This document shows, in pieces, positions 1 to 9,967 of a stretch of 64,000 bases of DNA. Origin of the DNA: Desulfatiglandales bacterium (GTDB lineage Bacteria > Desulfobacterota > DSM-4660 > Desulfatiglandales > Desulfatiglandaceae); NCBI GenBank assembly GCA_963662465.1, contig OY759599.1, forward strand, positions 32,001 through 96,000, read 5' to 3'. The position numbers were made by a program, and so were the translations under genes. Numbering within the stretch: position 1 is the stretch's first letter; each line of letters begins with the position of its first letter. The notes under the pieces are model-generated. The model made no database searches. It saw nothing but the letters and a program-made list of their open reading frames with translations, and was not told the origin of the DNA.

Positions 1-52
1 GGTTCAAAGCTTTCACCACATTAAGCGGATGAAAAAAGGGATGCATTTCACC

Positions 53-652
53 CTAAAGAGAGTTTTTAATGAAATACCATAAATGATGTGCCAGTCGGGA
101 TGGATTCAAGGCGAGCAAATCAGGGGGAAAGAATTCTGTATTTCGTTTCCGATAAACAGCCGCGATACGCAGTTTGGCATTCCAGTCCAGTTGGTCAACA
201 TTGTCGATGAAAACCCACTCCATATACTTTTCCCTCTCAACCTCCTTTATGGATTCTGCCAATCGGGACAATATCAGCTCCATTCCCTCCAGTTTGGTGT
301 CAGAGGCATCCATGAGCGCCACATCATAACCATCGTCGTGAGCGCCCGGGTAATTTTTTCTGAGCAGGGAAACGGCCTCGGCAAGGGCCTCTTCGGTGGA
401 AAGGTGTCGGGGAAGGCGAAGCCCGGTCTTGTAGACGTGGGAAACAAACCTGCCGATTATTCTATTGAAGTCACAATGGGAACAACCTTCTTCGGTCTCC
501 CATCGAAATGCCTGTGCCGCCTGATCGATGGGGTCATCAATTTCATTAGCCATCTGTTTTCCATCGAGGAGCATCATGATGGCATCGATGGCCTTGTCTG
601 CCGAATGATCGGTATCAGAACTCCTCATAGGTGAACTCCTCGGGTGCTTCAC
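53..652 (-). CDS. Hypothetical protein, member of a local paralog family
   Basis: 199-aa ORF co-oriented with its neighbours; aligns by eye with the C-terminal ~190 aa of 2834..4390 and the N-terminus of 615..2810. Confidence 0.7.
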   Translation of the reverse strand: MKHPRSSPMRSSDTDHSADKAIDAIMMLLDGKQMANEIDDPIDQAAQAFRWETEEGCSHCDFNRIIGRFVSHVYKTGLRLPRHLSTEEALAEAVSLLRKNYPGAHDDGYDVALMDASDTKLEGMELILSRLAESIKEVEREKYMEWVFIDNVDQLDWNAKLRIAAVYRKRNTEFFPPDLLALNPSRLAHHLWYFIKNSL

Positions 653-2810
653 TTTGGACAGGGGTCAAAGGACTATGGTGGAGATCCCAACGCCGGTTCC
701 TTTGCCGGATGAGATCACGGACCACATGCACCGGTTTGTAATATTGCCTGTAGGAGCGCTCTATAATGGCATCTCTAAAATGTCGCTCGGGAATTTCCAG
801 AGGGCCGGACAACTCCACCTTTACGATGTCTATTCCGATACGGGCGACTGCCTGGCCAAGTTTTAGATTTACGAGGTCATCGCTTCGAACAAGGCCGTTA
901 AGGTCCTTGGTCAAATAGCGGGCATCTTTACCGTCCACATTCATGATGATGGTCGTACCCACGCTGGATAAGGCGTCAATCTTCTTGGTGCCAAACTGGC
1001 TGAGGTAATGATGGGCCAAGGTAAGGCTGGCATTGAATTTTCTCGTCTCGGAAATGAGGTCTTCCATTGCGGGGGTCAGGAAGCGATGGGCCTCATCTAC
1101 ATGAAGAAAAAACTGTTTACGTTCTTTTTCCTTGGTGTCACTCCGGCCCAAGGCGGCAAGATGGAAAAGCGATAAAATAAAACACCCCAGTATCTCCCGG
1201 ACTTCTGAGCCTATGGTGGAAAGGTCTACCAGAAAAATCATTCCTTCGTCCATGATCCGACGAAAATCGATGACGTTCTCCGGCTGGGACAGCATCAGGG
1301 CGACCGTGCCGGAGACGAGAAGCTTGCTCAGTTTATGTTTTGGAGGGCCAAGGGCCTCGTTGGAATAATTCAGGAAATCCTCTTGCCAGAATCGGAGGGC
1401 GGTCTGGTTATCCACCACCTTGATGATCTCTTTGCGGAGCCGCTCGCTCTCTTCGCTCCCGCGGCGAAGAAGGTCAGACAGATCCAAAAGAGTGCTGCCG
1501 GGTAGCTGAAGAAGGGCATAGAGGCCGTGCCTGAGCAGGTGCTCTAATCGATCCCCCCATCCCGTAACCACGCTCTTGAACGCAGCCACAATGTCATCTG
1601 CGGTACGGGTTACATCCTGCCCGCGATTTCTCTTGAGACAGTTCCACAAAGGAACATGATCATGGTTTCCGGGATCAAAGTAGATCGTTTTTTCAACATG
1701 CTCTTCCTTTATCAGGCAAAGAAGATCTTCAATAAGGTCTCCATGGGGATCCAGCACGGCCACACCCATCCCCTTGTCAATGTCGTCTAATATCATTCGA
1801 GCCATGGTGGTGGATTTGGCGGTTCCGGGCCTGCCAATGATGTGGGTGGAACGGGAACGAGACATAAGGGGCATGCAGACCGGGGATTCAACCCCCGCAT
1901 ACTCGCATGTTCCGATAAGCGTGCCCTTATGGAGAGCGATATTTCGTACAGGGAGCGTTTCAAGGATGTCCATCGGCGCTTCCCGATATTCCAGGATTCC
2001 AACCGGAGGAATGTGTACAAGTCCGGCAAGCTCTGCAGAGTTGACAAGGAAGCCGGGACGATACGTCACGCCCAAGAGAAACATATCCATGATCCTTTCA
2101 CTGGAGATAACCCTGCGGTATTGTGTATCGGTGATGGATTCAAGGGGACGACCGCCGTGCTGGAATACGCTCAAAAATGTAGAGATTGCCTTGAGATAGA
2201 AATCCCCAAATTCCTTCCCTGATATCATTCCCACTCGGATCGCAGCAGAATAGAAGGGTTTATCGTTGTGGGCTTTACATTCAACATCCTTGGCCATTTC
2301 CCGCAAATCCCCGGATGGCGCCTGCTGAAGGTGTTTTTGAGGGGTCTGAAGGCCGTTTAACAACTTGAGTGAATATTCCAGATCCAGAAGACTTTCCACA
2401 TTCTGGTGCCAGCAGTGCTCAGGCCTGACGGGTTGCAGGAGTGCTTGATAAAATCCAATCCCCGGAGGTTTTATTTCCATGAGGGCGGCGATCAGCGGTT
2501 TATAAGAGGAAACCTGGATTTCATCCGGTTGTGTAAGAATGATGTTTCCACCCTGACGTCTATATTCTTTCTCTAATATTTCCTTTGCCCGTCCCGCGGC
2601 CTCGGTGCGGGACATAACTCCCCCATGTACCACACACAGGCTGAAGTGGTAGCTGAAATAGTCGGCAATCACGTTGGTAAACTCGTCAAAATCTCCGACC
2701 GTGTTCTTGCTGAGAGAGAAATGCACGCGCGCTTCGTCGTGAGAATTCGTGACATTCTTGGCAATTGCCAGCTCATCCAATGCTGCCACAAGGCTTTCCA
2801 ATGATCCCAT
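615..2810 (-). CDS. VirD4/TraG/HerA-like P-loop ATPase (coupling-protein-like), probably a chimera with a paralog-family N-terminus
   Basis: HIIGRPGTAKST Walker A variant, VLDPHGDL, HVDEAHRF Walker B, ETRKF; the first ~90 aa resemble the local paralog family. Confidence 0.8.
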   Translation of the reverse strand: MGSLESLVAALDELAIAKNVTNSHDEARVHFSLSKNTVGDFDEFTNVIADYFSYHFSLCVVHGGVMSRTEAAGRAKEILEKEYRRQGGNIILTQPDEIQVSSYKPLIAALMEIKPPGIGFYQALLQPVRPEHCWHQNVESLLDLEYSLKLLNGLQTPQKHLQQAPSGDLREMAKDVECKAHNDKPFYSAAIRVGMISGKEFGDFYLKAISTFLSVFQHGGRPLESITDTQYRRVISSERIMDMFLLGVTYRPGFLVNSAELAGLVHIPPVGILEYREAPMDILETLPVRNIALHKGTLIGTCEYAGVESPVCMPLMSRSRSTHIIGRPGTAKSTTMARMILDDIDKGMGVAVLDPHGDLIEDLLCLIKEEHVEKTIYFDPGNHDHVPLWNCLKRNRGQDVTRTADDIVAAFKSVVTGWGDRLEHLLRHGLYALLQLPGSTLLDLSDLLRRGSEESERLRKEIIKVVDNQTALRFWQEDFLNYSNEALGPPKHKLSKLLVSGTVALMLSQPENVIDFRRIMDEGMIFLVDLSTIGSEVREILGCFILSLFHLAALGRSDTKEKERKQFFLHVDEAHRFLTPAMEDLISETRKFNASLTLAHHYLSQFGTKKIDALSSVGTTIIMNVDGKDARYLTKDLNGLVRSDDLVNLKLGQAVARIGIDIVKVELSGPLEIPERHFRDAIIERSYRQYYKPVHVVRDLIRQRNRRWDLHHSPLTPVQSEAPEEFTYEEF

Positions 2811-2833
2811 GTATCCCCCCCTTTTTTATGTCC

Positions 2834-4390
2834 TTAGAGTGTTTTCAGCAGTTCCGAAACCCTGTCTAACGATTCCATATAGTAGAGTATAACCTCTTCC
2901 CAATGGAACGAAAGCTGTTCTGGCGATTTCCCCCTGAGGTCGACTGGCAGTTGCGGCCCTATCCGTTCCATAAAGACCTTCATTAACCTGATTTTTGCAT
3001 CCTGGTCAAGAGGGTCTATTGAAACTTTGAGCACCATACCAGTGTGGTTTTTCATTTTCTCGTGCTTCAAGTGTTCCGTCATGGAGTCAAACACCAGGCG
3101 CATTCCCCCGTTAATGCCGTGCTTTCCCTCTGCCAGTGCGGCATTGTACCCTCCTTTGCGTGCAAAAGCGGCTCTTACCAGTTCAATTGCCTCAGAAGCA
3201 AGAGCACTCCTCTTGAGGCTCCCTTCAGGCGAGCCGATGTGCCGGAAAATATGGCCATAAAAGGAGGTAATTGCATCGTTGAATGTGAAGCCGTCTTTGA
3301 CCGTAACGGAATCAGGGGCATAACTGCCCCGGGCATTGTCGAAAGGGTGCCCGATCTTTTTGGCCAGGTTTTCTTTGCTTAGTTCTGCCAGGAGCCTTTC
3401 AAAAAGCGCGTTTTCCGTGTCATGTTCATGCGATTCGGCGGCGCTGGCTGCATTGATTGCAAAAGGCCGCTCGCCAAAACCGTCACCAAACAAGGCCTTG
3501 TAGAGCTTCCGAACATCCTCTATATCATTTTTTTTGGCATGTTGTGTCAGCTGGATACAAAACTCAGGTGAAACCAGTGGAAACAGGTCATCTAACGTTC
3601 GTGTGGAGGGAGGCAGGGAAACAACCAGTCGAAATAGTTGTTCACCGAAACGCTCGGGATAGCTCTGATTTTTGAGGTGAAAATCAACGTAGGCTTGGAG
3701 CAGCAGCCGGCCATTTTCGACCATACGATTCATAAGGGACCGCCCCAGGGCATCCCAGAACCTCTTTTCGTTTCCCTCAACAAACATGCCAACTGTCCTG
3801 CCTATGGGGTCTTGGGCCTCTCCGGGAGGGGTCTTCAAACCAAAAAAACCGGTCTTTAAGCTGCCGAGCACAATGGATGAATCTGTGGCGAAAATCCTCA
3901 AGGCATCGGACACATCACCCAAGGGGTAGATCTTTAAATCTCCTTTGTGACGGAGCAGACTCTCTTTTGCGGATTGATATTCAATTGGCGTCAGGACCTG
4001 TAAGGATCGGTCCATTTCAAGTTCCGGAAAGGCCTCGGCCTCCTTTTTAATGCGCTCATATTCCGCATTCCAATGGGGAATGCTCCTGAATGTGCTTATC
4101 AGGGTTTCCTCCTGTTCTTCATTGCCTGTGAACGTATCGGTGGCCAGATCATAGAGTAAACCGTAGATTACGTCCCTGATTTGTTGTATCCCCTGGTCGG
4201 CCCTTACACCGGATGGTTTGAGAGCGGCCCTGGTAAATTCCATGAACTGGCGAAAACCTTCTAAATATTCCGGTTGGCTGCCGAGTTCTCTGATCTCCTC
4301 GAAAGCGTCATCCATTGCGTCTCTTGTATTTACGTTGTTAAGGGCACGAGCAATTATCGGAATAAAGTACAAATCCTTGTTATTTGTCAT
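2834..4390 (-). CDS. Hypothetical protein, possibly a fusion, with a C-terminal paralog-family domain
   Basis: Long ORF; likely start at ATG 4390 (MTNNKDLYFIPII); C-terminal domain similar to 53..652. Confidence 0.65.
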   Translation of the reverse strand: MTNNKDLYFIPIIARALNNVNTRDAMDDAFEEIRELGSQPEYLEGFRQFMEFTRAALKPSGVRADQGIQQIRDVIYGLLYDLATDTFTGNEEQEETLISTFRSIPHWNAEYERIKKEAEAFPELEMDRSLQVLTPIEYQSAKESLLRHKGDLKIYPLGDVSDALRIFATDSSIVLGSLKTGFFGLKTPPGEAQDPIGRTVGMFVEGNEKRFWDALGRSLMNRMVENGRLLLQAYVDFHLKNQSYPERFGEQLFRLVVSLPPSTRTLDDLFPLVSPEFCIQLTQHAKKNDIEDVRKLYKALFGDGFGERPFAINAASAAESHEHDTENALFERLLAELSKENLAKKIGHPFDNARGSYAPDSVTVKDGFTFNDAITSFYGHIFRHIGSPEGSLKRSALASEAIELVRAAFARKGGYNAALAEGKHGINGGMRLVFDSMTEHLKHEKMKNHTGMVLKVSIDPLDQDAKIRLMKVFMERIGPQLPVDLRGKSPEQLSFHWEEVILYYMESLDRVSELLKTL

Positions 4391-4472
4391 TCCCTGAGCC
4401 CCTTTCACGTTCAATAAGATCCAGTACCTCTTCCAAACCGCCTGCAACACCGGAAGAGAGAACTGTTTCCAC

Positions 4473-4590
4473 ACCGTATCCACCATCTTACAGAGAGAGG
4501 CCTATATCGGGACCATGGTCTACAACAAGGTCAGCAAGGTCCCGGGCACCGAAAAAAGAAAGAGAAATCCGGAATCAGAATGGGTGAATG
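4473..4590 (+). pseudogene. Fragment of a large serine recombinase (recombinase domain)
   Basis: Translates TVSTILQREAYIGTMVYNKVSKVPGTEKRKRNPESEWV, matching the IL..xxYxG....NK...NP..EW pattern. Confidence 0.55.
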
Positions 4591-4692
4591 GGATTGTTTA
4601 CGAATCAACCTCCGGAGGATTGTTTCGCACGAAAAATTCAGGGGCCTGAATTGTTAGTGCAACAACAAAAAAATAACCGCGTAATCTGTGAA

Positions 4693-5042
4693 ATGCGCCT
4701 GTCGGAGATGCCGCTAAGCGGTGCCCCGTTAAATTGGTGGAACCACAGCGTATTTATCTGGGGTGCCAAGAAAAGCATCAAGAGGGCAATGGCCGCTGAG
4801 TGCAGCCGGAAACTGGGCTGTAAGGCCAAGCAGGAAACCCAACGACGATGTCGACCTCTAAAAGATGGTGAAAGCCTTTAAGCAGGATTGCAGAAAATGG
4901 GCGATGGACCTTCTTTAACAACAGCGGAATCGGGATTCCCTGTGCATGCCTTACGACAAGAGTATCGGGAGAGCCGTACAGTGGAAATCTCTACCTACGG
5001 TTCGACGAGGACCTCGGGATTAAACCCCCGAGGTTACTCTAC
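4693..5042 (+). ncRNA. Group II intron remnant without an RT ORF
   Basis: Domain V-like GAGCCGTACAGTGGAAATCTCTACCTACGGTTC at ~4971-5003, domain VI-like hairpin CCTCGGG...CCCGAGG, and 3' CTCTAC end; the 5' boundary (ATGCGCC) is uncertain. Confidence 0.7.
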
Positions 5043-5075
5043 CGGTTCACACAACTAAATCCCTTTTTGCTTCTA

Positions 5076-5130
5076 CCTGCCCCGTGAAACCGTTGTTGCA
5101 GTTGTTTCACTGGGGTTTAACCGGGGTGCC
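5076..5130. repeat. Short dispersed palindromic repeat (CCCCGTGAAAC...GTTTCACTGGGG type)
   Basis: Inverted arms visible; related copies near 20853-20890, 62015-62065 and 62103-62142. Confidence 0.6.
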
Positions 5131-5526
5131 AGAAACCCCTTGTCGTTAATAACCGGGTACAGACCTCAACATAACAACCACCAAGAGTCAACGGCAGATT
5201 TGACCCCATGCCCTTTGATGCACATCCCAAGGTCACTGAAGGTGTAAAACCACGACCCGGCATCGAGTGGCAGGTGACTTCAATATAAGGACGTTATAAC
5301 CAACACCCAAATAACGGCAATAAGGAAGGCCTGACCCCATCATCACAACCCTCTAACGCATCCAAATCCGTGTAACCCAAAGGGCGGAGCTGTCTTCAAG
5401 ATTTGACTGCAAAACAAAACCAAAAACCGTGTCATCCGTGAAATCCGCGCCAAAAAAACTAAAGAAACCACCAACGTCCCCTGCACCAATTTGTGTTTCC
5501 GCTTTTCACATATGAGGTAACCAGTC

Positions 5527-5751
5527 ATGAAAAGTCGCATCTTTGATAAACATTTTCCGACGATTCTTGGGGCAGGCAGTGTAATGGAAATCTGGCCAAC
5601 GGAAAATTATGATCGTTATATGCCAGACCCTATTCCGGCAAATAGCCTCAAGGGATATTGGATGAACGTTAACTCGTACGTGTGCAAAGGCATTGTGCAA
5701 TATGAGTTGGATTGCCATACCAGACTAGCCGAAAGTCTAAATGATGAATAA
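5527..5751 (+). CDS. Small hypothetical protein
   Basis: 74-aa ORF with GAGG RBS, bounded by a motif on each side. Confidence 0.5.
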   Translation: MKSRIFDKHFPTILGAGSVMEIWPTENYDRYMPDPIPANSLKGYWMNVNSYVCKGIVQYELDCHTRLAESLNDE

Positions 5752-5794
5752 TAAGCGAAGCCTGACCCCCTAATTTTATGGTCTCGTCCCCCTA

Positions 5795-5865
5795 CCTTTC
5801 CGAATACGAACTGAAGAAGAGGGAGTTTAGGGATCGTACGAAAAGGTACGCTTCGGCTGTTAGTG
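5795..5865 (+). pseudogene. N-terminal fragment of a four-helix-bundle protein
   Basis: ELKKREFRDRTKRYASAV resembles the L.DRTK.FA N-terminus of the family (compare IDERTFDFA at 59019). Confidence 0.4.
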
Positions 5866-6043
5866 CCAACGTTCCCCATTACTCCCCAAATGACAAAGAG
5901 AGCAAAATACCCTCAGTCCATGAGAAATGCAGTTGCGTAGCAACGTCCCCCATTCCACAGACCTCAGGAAATTGGGAACCGCTATAAAAATCTGTTGTCA
6001 TTTTGGCGTCATTAATTTATCCTGTTTGTAAAGAAGGAGGTGT

Positions 6044-6334
6044 ATGATGACGCTGAACAAAACAGAAGAAAGAATTCCTGCCCGAATGCCCCATGAGGTT
6101 TACGAGCGAATTGTTGCGGCTGCCCATACTGTCGGAGCCACACTGAACCAGTTTCTTGTTCAGGCGGCTATTGACAAAGCGAATGAAATTCTGGAAAGGG
6201 AGCGCATTATTTCTCTTACTTCAAAAGACGCAGATACGCTTTTTCATCTGATCGATAATCCGCCTGAACCGAATGATCATCTCAAAGCAATTATGAATCA
6301 GAGAGAGGCAGAGGCGCTTTTGTGCCGGAAATAG
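6044..6334 (+). CDS. DUF1778 (TacA-like) RHH antitoxin
   Basis: ERI.ARMP...I..AA..G..LNQF pattern and PPEPN; AGGAGG RBS; overlaps a GNAT gene. Confidence 0.88.
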   Translation: MMTLNKTEERIPARMPHEVYERIVAAAHTVGATLNQFLVQAAIDKANEILERERIISLTSKDADTLFHLIDNPPEPNDHLKAIMNQREAEALLCRK

Positions 6335-6825
6335 GTTCTCTTTTTCGCCATCATGACCGGGCCGGATTTGATTGCGGAGTTCCAGCACTGAACGGTTTTC
6401 TCAAGTTCACGGCCAGGCAGCATGGTGATAAAGGGATTTCACGCACATTTGTTTTAACCGGGCCGGAAAACCCATCCATCATTCTGGGCTATTTTACACT
6501 GACACTCTGTGAAGTCAAAACAGAACATCTTCCAGCCTTATATGCCAGGAAATTTCCGAAACACGGGCTTCCAGCCGTTCGACTGGCCCGCCTGGCCGTT
6601 GACACGCGATTTCAGGGTCGTGGATATGGTGGACGTCTTCTTGCCGAAGCGATCCATCGGACGGTTTTGATTGCGGAACATGCAGGCGTGATTGGACTGT
6701 TTGTGGATGCGAAAGATGAAACTGCCTGTCTGTTTTATCAACGGTATGATTTTAAGTCTCTTCCGGACAATATCCGGAAATTGTTTCTGCCGATTGAAAC
6801 CCTACGAAAAGGGTCCCTGCGATAA
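6322..6825 (+). CDS. GNAT acetyltransferase toxin (TacT/AtaT-like)
   Basis: HDRAGFDCG, LARLAVD..FQGRGYG, VDAKDE, FY..Y.F. Confidence 0.9.
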   Translation: MPEIGSLFRHHDRAGFDCGVPALNGFLKFTARQHGDKGISRTFVLTGPENPSIILGYFTLTLCEVKTEHLPALYARKFPKHGLPAVRLARLAVDTRFQGRGYGGRLLAEAIHRTVLIAEHAGVIGLFVDAKDETACLFYQRYDFKSLPDNIRKLFLPIETLRKGSLR

Positions 6826-7006
6826 CTTCAAAAAGAAGGACCCGGAAGCCATCAGGAAGAACCCGGAAAAGTTCCCGGCAGATTTTATATTCGAGTTGAA
6901 CGAAAAGGAACAGGATTTTTTAAGGTCGAAAATTTCGACCATAAAGACAGGAAGGGGCAAGCACGGAAAATTTGCCACAAAGGCTTTCGCGGAACAAGGC
7001 ATTTGA
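6822..7006 (+). pseudogene. ORF6N-domain protein fragment
   Basis: AIRKNPEKFPADFIFELN...LRSKIST...GRG...KAFAEQGI; no start codon and truncated. Confidence 0.7.
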
Positions 7007-7324
7007 TATTCGACAAAGGAAAAACAGGCGCGGTATGGAAAACACGGCAAATAGAAATATGAGAGAAACGCAAGAACGCATGGGCGTCCCCAAGGGCCCC
7101 AGAATATGCTGGTCAGCTGGGTGAGATCCATGCCCTGGGTTTATAATGCGTGCCCTAATCAAGTCCTTAACCCCTAAATCTTAAATCCTAATAACCACAA
7201 TAAATAAACCCTGACCCCCTAATAAAAAATCCGTGTAATCCGTGAAATCCGCGCCAAAAAAAGAAAAAACAGTCATCCCCAACCCCAATAACGACAATAA
7301 AGAAAGCCTGACCCCCTGATTGTT

Positions 7325-7534
7325 ATGACCCATGTCGCAGGTTTTCCATTTTCCATCGTGAACTTTCACAGTATTTATGCCGCGCCCAAAGATTATCTCC
7401 TGGAACTGGCCGGCAGACAGAACCTACGCATTCGGCTTCGGCCGCCATACCGGGAAAACCTGTCGCAGGCCTTTGGCAAGTATTTTATGCGTGTTGGGCT
7501 TCCTCTGGATATTCGAGCGTTTGCTCGCAGTTAG
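7325..7534 (+). pseudogene. C-terminal fragment of a conserved hypothetical protein
   Basis: RIRLRPPYRENLSQAFGKYFMRVGLP; bounded by TGACCCC and TGTCCCC motifs. Confidence 0.55.
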
Positions 7535-7589
7535 ATAGGATGTCCCCATTATAATACAAGCGTAAACTAGTGAAACAAGCAACGTCCCC

Positions 7590-8342
7590 CATTATTTTTT
7601 TGACAGGTTCGAAATAGTTACATTCAAGTATCCAGTCGAATGTTGTACTTTGACCTCCACCTCTCAGATTTATAGGAATTTCCTTTAAGTAGCCATTTAC
7701 TATTATTTTTGTGCCAGGGCATGACCTCTTTTCAGATATTGGCGATATAAGGTCTTGTTTTAAGAAAATTTTCATTTTTTTTGGTTGTTCACCACCGTCA
7801 AGGGTTTCAATATCTTCTTCAATCGTCATATGTTGGGCATCTATCAATTCTTTAGAAAGCATTTTGAATTTACCCTTACGCCCACATCCACATCTTGAAG
7901 GCTCTCTAAATTTCTGTTCAAGTTGAAGAAGTGGTATGATATTTCCACATGAAGGGCATTCAAATTTTGATGTTACAACTTGAGGTCTAATGTCGCTTTT
8001 TTGTCGAATAGTTCCTTGAACACAAATGAATTTTTCTAAATGTTTGCTTCGTAAGTCTCTGATTCGCTTTTTCTGACTTTTTGGAATATTTTTAATCCTT
8101 ACAATTACTTCAATATTATTTTTGATAGCGAGATCAAATAATGAAATTGATATACTTACTGCCTTAAGGGATTCCTCAGGATTTTCAATCAGGTCTTCTG
8201 CTAAATTGATATTCTGTTTTGATATTTCATTAAAATCCATAACGAAATATCTATCCCCTTTTCTTACAGATTCTATAAGGGTGTCATAATAGAGGATTTC
8301 TATTAATTTTCTGTATTCACCTATTTGTTCTTGGGTTTCCAT
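7590..8342 (-). pseudogene. mcm: Archaeal-type MCM helicase, N-terminal domain only (truncated)
   Basis: IRDLRSKHL, FECPSCG...RCGCGRKG zinc finger, QHMTIEE, GGEQPK, DLISP, PG..I.V.G; the AAA+ domain is absent and similarity ends at the CGTCCCC motif. Confidence 0.88.
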
Positions 8343-9031
8343 TGTATAATTTGTTTAGGAGATAATTTTCTATAGCATTCTTTATGCAGAAATACTCCAT
8401 TGTACACTTCTGAATAATCTTTTGAGTCTTTGTGAATAGGGCGCTTACATTTAGCACAGTCACCTATCTTGTTTTTTTCTATATCAGCATCTTCATTGAT
8501 TTCTCCGATTTTAGATTTGTATATTTTATTGAAAGAGATTTTTCTTCTTTCGATATTCGCATAGTCACTTTGATAAAGATATTTGCCATATATCTCATCT
8601 AAGAATTGTTCAACAACTGGTTTGAAATCATCAGAGAGTTTGAATAGTTTTGTTTTTTTATAACTTCTTTTGCCATTTGGATGAATCATATTCCATGTTT
8701 CTCTTATAGCTTTATTCTCATTAGAGTCTTCATGCAATTCTTCAACAATATTCTTCGTTTCAAAGTGAAATAATAAATCTCTTAGGTCTTTGCCATAACC
8801 TAGATTGAAATGCATTGTTAGTTCCCAAAGGCTTGAGACTCCAACGTTATATAGGACATAAACTAATTTGCTTTTCGTTTTATCAAGGAATATAGAAAGG
8901 ATATCTCTGAAGTTTCTTTCAAAATTCAGATTTATATTTTGATCATTATGGATTTCGAGTTTTGAGACAAAATCACAGATTACACATACTCTTCTCTGAA
9001 ATTTGTTTTCAGTGGGTGTGATTGTTGCCAC
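8321..9031 (-). CDS. Hypothetical protein with a C-terminal CxxC...HxxC zinc site (possible replication or regulatory protein)
   Basis: Low-GC ORF overlapping the MCM start; likely GTG start at 9031; CAKC...LHKEC. Confidence 0.6.
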   Translation of the reverse strand: MATITPTENKFQRRVCVICDFVSKLEIHNDQNINLNFERNFRDILSIFLDKTKSKLVYVLYNVGVSSLWELTMHFNLGYGKDLRDLLFHFETKNIVEELHEDSNENKAIRETWNMIHPNGKRSYKKTKLFKLSDDFKPVVEQFLDEIYGKYLYQSDYANIERRKISFNKIYKSKIGEINEDADIEKNKIGDCAKCKRPIHKDSKDYSEVYNGVFLHKECYRKLSPKQIIQWKPKNK

Positions 9032-9204
9032 CTCTTTCAAATTTATCCGGCCTTGCAGAGAAATCAGTAATTTCTTCAGGATCAACAAGCCAAATGAAAT
9101 TAGATCCTTTTATGAATAGTTTATTATCTGAAGTAATATTTTTTAGAATTCCGATTGCTTTTCTTTTATTAAAAAGTAAACCACTACCTCTGGTAGTGGA
9201 ATAA

Positions 9205-9800
9205 AAAAAGGTTCTACCGGTGTATTGAATATGACGAGTATTATATGTCTTCCTGGAAGGTGCGAAACTAACAGGAGGCATATAATGACTCGTCAACGTC
9301 AATTCAAGAAATTAGCACATTCTTTGTATGAGTGTAAGTACCATGTGGTGTTTTGCCCGAAATATCGCTACAAAATATTGCAGGAAGAAGTGGCAAAATA
9401 TGTGATGCAACAGATATATCGGTTATGTAATCAAAAAGATGACGTAGAAGTGGTGGAAGGTAATGTGCAAATTGACCATGTTCACCTGGTCGTATCAATC
9501 CCTCCGAAATACGCCATATCGCAGTTCATGGGGTTCCTGAAGGGGAAACTGGCTCTACAACTATTTGACCGTTTTCCTCAACTGCGAAAAAAATACTGGG
9601 GACAACATGTGTGGTCGAGAGGCTATTGTGTGAGTACGGTAGGCTTAGATGAAGAGCGGATCAAAAAGTATGTAAAATGGCAGCATAGTAAAGATAAAGA
9701 TGCCCATGTGACGCAAGGTAAATTGTTCAAATAGAATAGGTACCATGCACCTTCCAGGTGCATTAATTCAAGCCACCACCTTTGGTGGTGGTCATTGACT
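9205..9800 (+). mobile_element. IS200/IS605-family element (tnpA only)
   Basis: Y1 transposase plus 3' hairpin CCACCACCTTTGGTGGTGG...TTGACT; left end approximate. Confidence 0.85.
9285..9734 (+). CDS. tnpA: IS200-family Y1 HUH transposase
   Basis: CKYHVVFCPKYR, DHVHL, WSRGYCVSTVG, KKYV; AGGAGG RBS. Confidence 0.95.
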   Translation: MTRQRQFKKLAHSLYECKYHVVFCPKYRYKILQEEVAKYVMQQIYRLCNQKDDVEVVEGNVQIDHVHLVVSIPPKYAISQFMGFLKGKLALQLFDRFPQLRKKYWGQHVWSRGYCVSTVGLDEERIKKYVKWQHSKDKDAHVTQGKLFK

Positions 9801-9967
9801 CTTTCTTTCAGCAACAACAAACATTCCTAGAAAGTTTCTGTACTGCTCAACTAAACTATCATTTGTCAAATATACACCTCTAAACTTATCTTATCTAAAA
9901 CCGTAAAATATATATACTCATTACCCTTAGAATTCACTAAGTTGTTCAATCTTAATGTTTGAGTGAT

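Larger units (their letters stand above)
5201..7590 (+). repeat. Cluster of ~12 co-oriented TGACCCC/CGTCCCC motifs separating gene fragments
   Basis: Motifs at ~5201, 5332, 5475, 5763, 5785, 5870, 5944, 7085, 7212, 7309, 7541 and 7583; several are preceded by ACAATAAGGAAAGCC-like sequence. Confidence 0.75.
9009..9869 (-). pseudogene. Small hypothetical gene split by IS200
   Basis: GAGGTG RBS plus TTG start give MTNDSLVEQYRNFLGMFVVAERK; the ORF appears to resume beyond the IS as YSTTRGSGLLFNKRKAIG...NHTH. Confidence 0.5.

Noticed and set aside
615..2810. Complete conjugation system
   Set aside because: No relaxase, VirB4 or mating-pair genes are recognisable in the window.
5190..7600. Classical integron
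   Set aside because: There is no tyrosine integrase and no RYYYAAC...GTTRRRY attC structure, and most inserts are gene fragments.
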